58,524 nt of DNA from Chloroflexota bacterium. GTDB taxonomy: Bacteria; Chloroflexota; Limnocylindria; P2-11E. Positions within the stretch are counted from its first letter, which is position 1. Every line of letters starts with the position of its first letter. The stretch spans positions 1 to 58,524 of the forward strand of contig VBGS01000095.1 in NCBI GenBank assembly GCA_005889445.1. The letters run 5' to 3'. Of the stretch, positions 53,562 to 58,524 are shown piece by piece. Under the pieces are notes generated by a model, which saw only the letters and a program-made list of their open reading frames with translations, searched no databases and was not told the DNA's origin. The position numbers and the translations under genes are program-made.

Positions 53562-54680
53562 TTGGGACAGATCGTCCGACGCAGTCAAGCGACACGAACA
53601 CCCAAGCGGCTTTTCCAGCGCTATGCGCGCATCGCCGGTGAGCACGTCGCGGGCGGCGCGATGCGCGGCCGAGACCTCGGCGGCTCCATCCTCCAGGGAT
53701 CCGGTTCATACGTTGCCGGCCTCGTCGGGCTGCGCGGCCTCCGTCTCGCGCTGAACACGTCGGTCGCGGTCCTCGTGCTGTCGCTTCCGTTCGCCGCGAC
53801 CGCGGCCTCGCGCGCGAGCTCCGCGCCGGCGACGCTCACGGCCACGGCCTACACCACGACGGACGCCGCGCGCGCACAGACCGCGGCACGCGGCGCCATC
53901 TCGGGCAGCCGCAGCCCGGTCACGGTCGCCGCGGAAGGCGCGCGTCCGATCCAGGAAGTGACGATCCACGATGGCGACACGCTCGCGACGATGGCGAATT
54001 ACTACGACGTCTCCGCCGAGGCGATCGCCTTCGCGAGCGGCATCAGCGATGCCTCGACGCTGCACATCGGCGAGAAGCTCGTCATCCCGCCGGCCGAGGG
54101 CGCGCTCTACACCGTCACCGACACCGACACGGTCGAGTCAGTGGCTTCGCGCTTCAAGGTCGACCCCTCGGTGATCATGTCCTACAACCGGCTCTACTTC
54201 GAGCCCGAGCACTTCGCACCGGGCCAGCTCATCTTCGTCCGTGGCGCCGCGCTCCCGAGCCTGCGCTACGCGAGCGCTTCGGCGCAGATCCTGGCCGGCC
54301 CTCGGCAGCAGAACGCATCGAACGCGCGGATCGGCAGCCTGTCGTGGCCGGTGGCCGGGGTCATCACCCAGTACTTCTGGTCCGGCCACACCGGTGTGGA
54401 CCTCGCGGCCCCCTATGGGACGGGCATCGGCGCGTCGGATGACGGCGTCGTGAGCGCGACCGGCTGGGTCGCCGTCGGTGGGATACGAGTTTGCGTGGAT
54501 CACGCCTCCGGCCTGACGACCTGCTACTACCACACGAGCGCGGTCTACGTGAGCGTTGGGCAGCAGGTCTCGCGCGGTCAGATCATCGCCGCGATCGGCC
54601 TCACCGGCGTCACCACCGGGCCACACGTCCACTGGGAGTGCAAGCGCGGCGAGCAGTTCCTGAACTGCCTCGGGGTCTAG
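53562..54680 (+). CDS. LysM-repeat M23 metallopeptidase
   Basis: Two LysM motifs (VTIHDGDTLATMANYYDVSAEAIAFASGI..., YTVTDTDTVESVASRFKVDPSVIMSYN). M23 C-terminus SGHTGVDLAAPYGTGIGASDDGVV...GLTGVTTGPHVHWE. The start is uncertain: TTG 53562 from the track, or ATG 53661. Confidence 0.8.
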   Translation: MGQIVRRSQATRTPKRLFQRYARIAGEHVAGGAMRGRDLGGSILQGSGSYVAGLVGLRGLRLALNTSVAVLVLSLPFAATAASRASSAPATLTATAYTTTDAARAQTAARGAISGSRSPVTVAAEGARPIQEVTIHDGDTLATMANYYDVSAEAIAFASGISDASTLHIGEKLVIPPAEGALYTVTDTDTVESVASRFKVDPSVIMSYNRLYFEPEHFAPGQLIFVRGAALPSLRYASASAQILAGPRQQNASNARIGSLSWPVAGVITQYFWSGHTGVDLAAPYGTGIGASDDGVVSATGWVAVGGIRVCVDHASGLTTCYYHTSAVYVSVGQQVSRGQIIAAIGLTGVTTGPHVHWECKRGEQFLNCLGV

Positions 54681-54734
54681 CGCTCTCCTAGCGATAGCCG
54701 CGGGCGCTCCGCCTGCGCGACCTATCCTCGGTCG

Positions 54735-55958
54735 ATGTTCGCCGCCGTTCACGCCGACCGTTCCGGACGGATCGTTCTCGCACGCGACCGCGGCGCGGCG
54801 GTCTTCGACGGCAGGGCCGCGCGAGCACTCGAGCGCGCCATCCCGCTGCCTCTGGGCGCGCTGGTCGAGCCGCTCGTTGACCGACTGGCGATGGGTCTGG
54901 ACCGGACCGGCATCGCCCGATCGCTCGGTGCCGGACGATGGGCGGTCGGCGTGCGCCTGCCGGCGGGATTCGTCCGCCTCGGTCATCCCGCGTATCTCAC
55001 GAACGATGCGTCCCCGCTGACGCCGGGCCGCTTCGCCGCCGTGGGCGCCGACGAGCGCGGCGAGCTTGTCGTCGCGGCCGAGGCGATCGAGCGCGAGGAT
55101 CAGGCCGGCGAAATGCCGGAGAGCTCGCTTGCGGCGCGTATCGCGGACGGTCTGCGCGAGCGGCCTTCGAGCAGGCTCGTCCGGCAGCTCGCGCGGTGCG
55201 CGAAGGATTACCGCTGCCGCGCCGCGGCCAATGCGTTCCTCCACCGTGCGGACATCGCCGTCCCGGTCGCCGCACCGGTGAACGAGCATCCGCCCGACGG
55301 GATCGCCGTCCGCGCCCAACCCGACGCGATGCCGACCGAGCTCGCGGCGCTCGAGCCGACCACGGCCGAGATCGCCGATCTCGCGGTCGAGCATCTCGAG
55401 GCCGGCGGGACGATGGTCGCCTTCGGCCGGGCATGCGAAGGTGAGCCGCTGCTCGCGGCAAGAACGATCGATCTCGCGATCGCGCAGATCCGCGCGCGCA
55501 CCGCGCTCGGATCGATCCATCTGGAGACGAATGGCTCGGTGCCGAGCGCGCTGCATCGGTTCGCGGAAGCGGGACTTGACTCGGTCGCGATCAGGATCGG
55601 CTCCGCGCGTTCGGAGACCTACGAGCGGCTCCACGGACCTCGCGGATACCGCTTCACCGACGTGCGCGCTTCGATCGACGCCGCGAGCGAGGCGAAACTC
55701 TCCCTCGCCGTCATCGTGCTCGTCATGCCCGGGCTGACCGATCGCGAGCGAGAGCTCGATGCGCTGGTCTCGCTCTGCGGCGCGCTTCGGGCGGGCAGCC
55801 AGGTGCTGCTCCGCGATCTGGTGGCCGATCCCGCGGCAGTCGTACGCGTCATCGGCGCGGGCGAGCCTCTCGGCGTGGACCGTCTGCTGGCGCGGCTCCG
55901 AGCGGAGCTGCCGAGCCTCCGCCTCGGGACGGTCGTCCGGCCGCTCGCCCGGGTCTAG
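54735..55958 (+). CDS. radical-SAM-like (NifB/MoaA-type fold) protein lacking the CxxxCxxC motif
   Basis: ...AFGRACEGEPLL..., ...IHLETNGS..., ...DSVAIRIGSA... resemble the radical-SAM core motifs. Where the cluster loop is expected the sequence reads IAVPVAAPVNEHPPDG. No CxxxCxxC occurs anywhere in the 407 aa. Confidence 0.45.
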   Translation: MFAAVHADRSGRIVLARDRGAAVFDGRAARALERAIPLPLGALVEPLVDRLAMGLDRTGIARSLGAGRWAVGVRLPAGFVRLGHPAYLTNDASPLTPGRFAAVGADERGELVVAAEAIEREDQAGEMPESSLAARIADGLRERPSSRLVRQLARCAKDYRCRAAANAFLHRADIAVPVAAPVNEHPPDGIAVRAQPDAMPTELAALEPTTAEIADLAVEHLEAGGTMVAFGRACEGEPLLAARTIDLAIAQIRARTALGSIHLETNGSVPSALHRFAEAGLDSVAIRIGSARSETYERLHGPRGYRFTDVRASIDAASEAKLSLAVIVLVMPGLTDRERELDALVSLCGALRAGSQVLLRDLVADPAAVVRVIGAGEPLGVDRLLARLRAELPSLRLGTVVRPLARV

Positions 55959-57233
55959 ATGTTCCTCGACCAGGCCCGGCTCGTCGTGAAGGGCGGTGAC
56001 GGCGGCCGCGGGGTCATCTCGTTCCGCCGTGAGGCGCACGTGCCCCGGGGCGGACCCGATGGCGGCGACGGCGGAAAGGGCGGAGACGTCGTCCTGCGGG
56101 TGGACCCGCAGCTCGGCACGCTCGCCGATTTCCGTTTCGTTCACGAGGTCGAGGCCGAACCTGGCCGCCCGGGCGCAGGGCGGAAGAGCACCGGGCGCTC
56201 CGGCGCCGACCGCGTCCTCGGCGTGCCGCCCGGAACGCTGGTCATCGATCGTGCGACGGGCCAGACGATCGCGGACCTCGTCGCCCCCGGCGAGGAGCTC
56301 GTCGTCGCCCGCGGCGGCGTCGGTGGCAAGGGCAACGCCCGCTTCGTGTCGAGCACGCGCCGGGCGCCCCGCATCGCCGAGGACGGCGGGAAGGGCGAGC
56401 GCAGAGAGATCGATCTCGAGCTCAAGCTCCTGGCCGACGTCGGCCTCGCGGGCATGCCGAACGCCGGAAAGTCGACGCTGCTGGCCGCGCTCACCAGCGC
56501 GCGCCCCAAGATCGCGGACTACCCCTTTACGACGCTCGTGCCAAACCTCGGCGTCGCGCGGCTCGATGATCGCGAGCTCGTGATCGCGGATATCCCGGGT
56601 CTCATCGAGGGCGCGAGCCAGGGCATCGGTCTCGGCGAGGAGTTCCTTCGCCACGTCGAGCGCACGAGACTCCTCGTCCATGTCGTGGACGCGTCCCGGC
56701 CGGATCCGCTCGCGGACATCGCGACGATCGATCGCGAGCTGGCGCAGTACGGTCACGGACTCGTCGAGCGGCCGCGGATCGTCGCGCTGAACAAGATGGA
56801 TCTCCCGGACGCTCGCACGGCGGCACCCGCGCTCGAAGCAGCGCTCGCCCGGCAGGCCACGGAGACCATCGCCATCTCCGCCGCGGCGCGGGAGGGCACC
56901 GACACCTTGCTGCGCCGCATCTTCACGCTGTGCCCGCCTCGCGAGCTCGCACCCGCGGCCGCGCCGCGAGAGCGGCGCATCGCATTCGCCGGGCGCGAGC
57001 GCGACTGGAGCGTCAGCCGAGAGGGCGACGCGTTCAGGGTGTCGGGCGATCGCGTCGAGCGTCTCGCGTCGGGGATCGACTGGCAGTCGCCGGAGGCATC
57101 GGCCTACTTCCAACGACAGCTCGTGCGGAGCGGCATCGATCGAGAGCTTCGCTCGCTCGGCGCCAGAGAAGGCGACACTGTGAAGGTCGGCGCGCTCGAG
57201 CTCGAGTGGCGCGAAGGCGGGAGCGACGAGTGA
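55959..57233 (+). CDS. obgE: GTPase ObgE/CgtA
   Basis: MFLDQARLVVKGGDGGRGVISFRREAHVPRGGPDGGDGGKGGDV...GMPNAGKSTLL...DIPGLIEGA...NKMD, plus a C-terminal OCT-like domain. Confidence 0.95.
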   Translation: MFLDQARLVVKGGDGGRGVISFRREAHVPRGGPDGGDGGKGGDVVLRVDPQLGTLADFRFVHEVEAEPGRPGAGRKSTGRSGADRVLGVPPGTLVIDRATGQTIADLVAPGEELVVARGGVGGKGNARFVSSTRRAPRIAEDGGKGERREIDLELKLLADVGLAGMPNAGKSTLLAALTSARPKIADYPFTTLVPNLGVARLDDRELVIADIPGLIEGASQGIGLGEEFLRHVERTRLLVHVVDASRPDPLADIATIDRELAQYGHGLVERPRIVALNKMDLPDARTAAPALEAALARQATETIAISAAAREGTDTLLRRIFTLCPPRELAPAAAPRERRIAFAGRERDWSVSREGDAFRVSGDRVERLASGIDWQSPEASAYFQRQLVRSGIDRELRSLGAREGDTVKVGALELEWREGGSDE

Positions 57234-57784
57234 CGCGCGTCGGAGTGTTCGGCGGAACGTTCGATCCGGTCCATGTCGGACACCTCGCCATCGCGAACGC
57301 CGCGCTCGATGACATCCCGCTCGAGCGCGTGTTGTTCGTGCCGGCGCGACGCTCGCCGCTCAAAGCGGAGGGGCCCGTCGCCGGCGAGATCGATCGGCTG
57401 CGCATGCTCGAGGACTCCATCGTCGGGGAGCCGCGCTTCGGTATCTCTCGCGTCGAGCTCGATCGTCCGGGCCCCTCGTTCACGGTCGACACGCTCGCGG
57501 AGCTTCGGCCCGAAGGGGAGCTCTTCCTGATCGTCGGGAGCGACGCGTACGCCGACTTCCCGCGGTGGCGAGACCCGCAGCGGATCCGGTCGCTTGCGAG
57601 CATCGTCGTGGCCGCGCGACCTGGCGCGCCCGGCGTGCCGCAGGACGTGCGCTTGCTCGATGCTCCTCTGCTGGATATCAGCTCGCGAGAGCTTCGTGCA
57701 CGGGCCGCGCGCGGGAAGTCCCTGCGGTACCTTGTGACCGAGGCCGCACTGCGCTACATCGAGGAGCACCGCCTGTATCGATGA
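57230..57784 (+). CDS. nadD: nicotinate-nucleotide adenylyltransferase
   Basis: GTGA overlap with the obgE stop. VGVFGGTFDPVHVGHLAIA...ISSRELRARAARG. Confidence 0.9.
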   Translation: MTRVGVFGGTFDPVHVGHLAIANAALDDIPLERVLFVPARRSPLKAEGPVAGEIDRLRMLEDSIVGEPRFGISRVELDRPGPSFTVDTLAELRPEGELFLIVGSDAYADFPRWRDPQRIRSLASIVVAARPGAPGVPQDVRLLDAPLLDISSRELRARAARGKSLRYLVTEAALRYIEEHRLYR

Positions 57785-58134
57785 ATGCGCTCTCTTCGAG
57801 AGCGCTCGCGGACGTCGTTGTCGACGCCGCGGGCGACAAGAAGGCGGAAGACATCCTCGTCCTCAACGTTTCCGAGCTGACGACGATCGCCGACCTCTTC
57901 GTCATCTGCACGGGCCGCGGCGAACGGCAGGTACAGGCGATCGCCGACGCGGTCCGCGAGAAGGCGAAGGAGGCCGGACGCGAGCCGCTCGGGATCGAGG
58001 GGTACTCGGGTGGCCGCTGGGTGCTCATCGATCTCGGCGACGTGGTCGTGCACGCGTTCGTGCCAGAGGAACGACACCTGTACCGGCTCGAGCGCCTGTG
58101 GGGCGACGCGCCGGTGGTGCTGCGCATCGCGTAG
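57781..58134 (+). CDS. rsfS: ribosome silencing factor
   Basis: ATGA overlap with the nadD stop. ...DKKAEDILVLNVSELTTIADLFVICTGRGERQVQAIADAV...WVLIDLGDVVVHAFVPEERHLYRLERLW. Confidence 0.9.
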   Translation: MNALSSRALADVVVDAAGDKKAEDILVLNVSELTTIADLFVICTGRGERQVQAIADAVREKAKEAGREPLGIEGYSGGRWVLIDLGDVVVHAFVPEERHLYRLERLWGDAPVVLRIA

Positions 58135-58152
58135 GCCTACCCTCGGCCCGCG

Positions 58153-58524
58153 ATGGAGAGGCCGCCATTCCTCCCGCGCGGCCAGCTTCTTGTCGCCGCG
58201 ATCGTCGCGCTGTCCGCCCTTTACTTCGCCGCGGGCAAGCTCGGCCTCAGCCTCGCGGTCGTCAACACGAGCGCGACCGCGGTCTGGCCGCCGACCGGCA
58301 TCGCGATCGCCGCCCTCCTGCTGTTTGGCTCGCGGCTCTGGCCAAGCGTCCTGATCGGCGCATTCCTTGTCAACGTGTCGACGACCTACGGCCTCGGCTC
58401 ATCGATCGGGATCGCGGTCGGGAACACGCTCGAGGCCATCGTCGCGGCGACGCTCGTCAGTCGGTTCGCGCATGGCGCGCGCGCGTTCGAGCGTCCGCAC
58501 GACGTCTTCAAGTTCGCGTTCCTC
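58153..58524 (+). CDS. MASE1-domain membrane sensor, N-terminal part only (runs off the window)
   Basis: Not in the track because it has no stop. MERPPFLPRGQLLVAAIVALSALYFAAGKLGLSLAVVNTSATAVWPPTGIAIAALLLFG...IGAFLVN.... Confidence 0.6.
   Translation, partial: MERPPFLPRGQLLVAAIVALSALYFAAGKLGLSLAVVNTSATAVWPPTGIAIAALLLFGSRLWPSVLIGAFLVNVSTTYGLGSSIGIAVGNTLEAIVAATLVSRFAHGARAFERPHDVFKFAFL

Noticed and set aside
53465-53660. Second ydaO-like riboswitch in the long leader of the LysM-M23 gene (strings AAUCGGGGAGGGAAAGCC and CCGACGCAGUCAAGCG)
   Set aside because: Only a short (6 bp) candidate bracketing helix is present, and there is no GCUAAC-type 3' motif. The region may instead be coding if TTG 53562 is the true start. 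This is worth a cmscan but is not supported by eye.
1-58524. CRISPR arrays, rRNA genes, IS elements, transposases, integrases and prophage structural genes
   Set aside because: I looked for regularly spaced repeats, DDE or tyrosine-recombinase signatures and capsid or terminase-like ORFs on both strands and found none. The only mobile element I can support is the DnaB intein.

Overview
This is a high-GC, densely coding chromosomal segment of Gram-positive type (actinobacterial or Chloroflexi-like signals: GAAC-N4-GTTC SOS boxes, start codons placed almost at the -10 element, an Flp pilin). Start and stop codons very often overlap by 4 nt.

Layout:
- 1-3.0 kb: partial arsA-like ATPase, small LuxR-type gene, a PLP-enzyme remnant, and a MoaD-like gene paired with a BNR-propeller gene.
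- 3.05-19.3 kb, minus strand: a purine supercluster, purA-guaB-guaA-purD-purE-purB-purC-purS-purQ ... purL-purF-purM-purN. It is interrupted between purQ and purL by a fused MNT-HEPN gene and an opposite-strand gene with two ABM domains. guaB lacks the CBS/Bateman insert.
- 19.3-21.8 kb: DUF218 gene, an orphan PstS-like gene, and an epimerase.
- 21.8-25.9 kb: an intergenic region with phased GTGGA (DnaA-box-like) repeats and a perfect SOS box, then two translationally coupled dnaB paralogues. The first carries a 419-aa LAGLIDADG intein. The second has the empty site.
- 25.9-27.8 kb, minus strand: MscS, DUF1232, a small TM ORF and rplI.
- 27.8-31.9 kb: a LexA-box promoter followed by lexA, two HTH_42 (AlkZ/YcaQ-like) paralogues and dinB.
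- 31.9-35.3 kb: a second GTGGA array, tRNA-Asp, a frameshifted phosphodiesterase and an MBL hydrolase.
- 35.3-45.7 kb: envelope and stress genes, including a TatA-like ORF, an Flp pilin, M23 peptidases, a decayed amidase, an HD protein, a Zn-ribbon LuxR regulator, a KGG-repeat protein, an RlpA-like gene behind a riboswitch-like leader, a sortase-like protein with Ser in place of the catalytic Cys, and an M24 peptidase.
- 45.7-53.4 kb, minus strand: a nuo operon that has only nuoA, a broken nuoC, and nuoH-J-K-L-M-N. There is no nuoB, D, E, F, G or I.
- 53.5-58.5 kb: LysM-M23, a radical-SAM-like gene without the Cys triad, obgE, nadD, rsfS and a partial MASE1 sensor.

The leads I rate highest are the SOS-linked lexA/HTH_42 x2/dinB cassette, the LexA-box/DnaA-box-fronted dnaB pair with an intein, the MNT-HEPN fusion inside the pur operon, and the nuo operon that encodes only the membrane arm.

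Several genes show internal lesions (nuoC, amidase, phosphodiesterase, PLP-enzyme remnant). All calls come from reading the sequence and from remembered family signatures. No database search was run.
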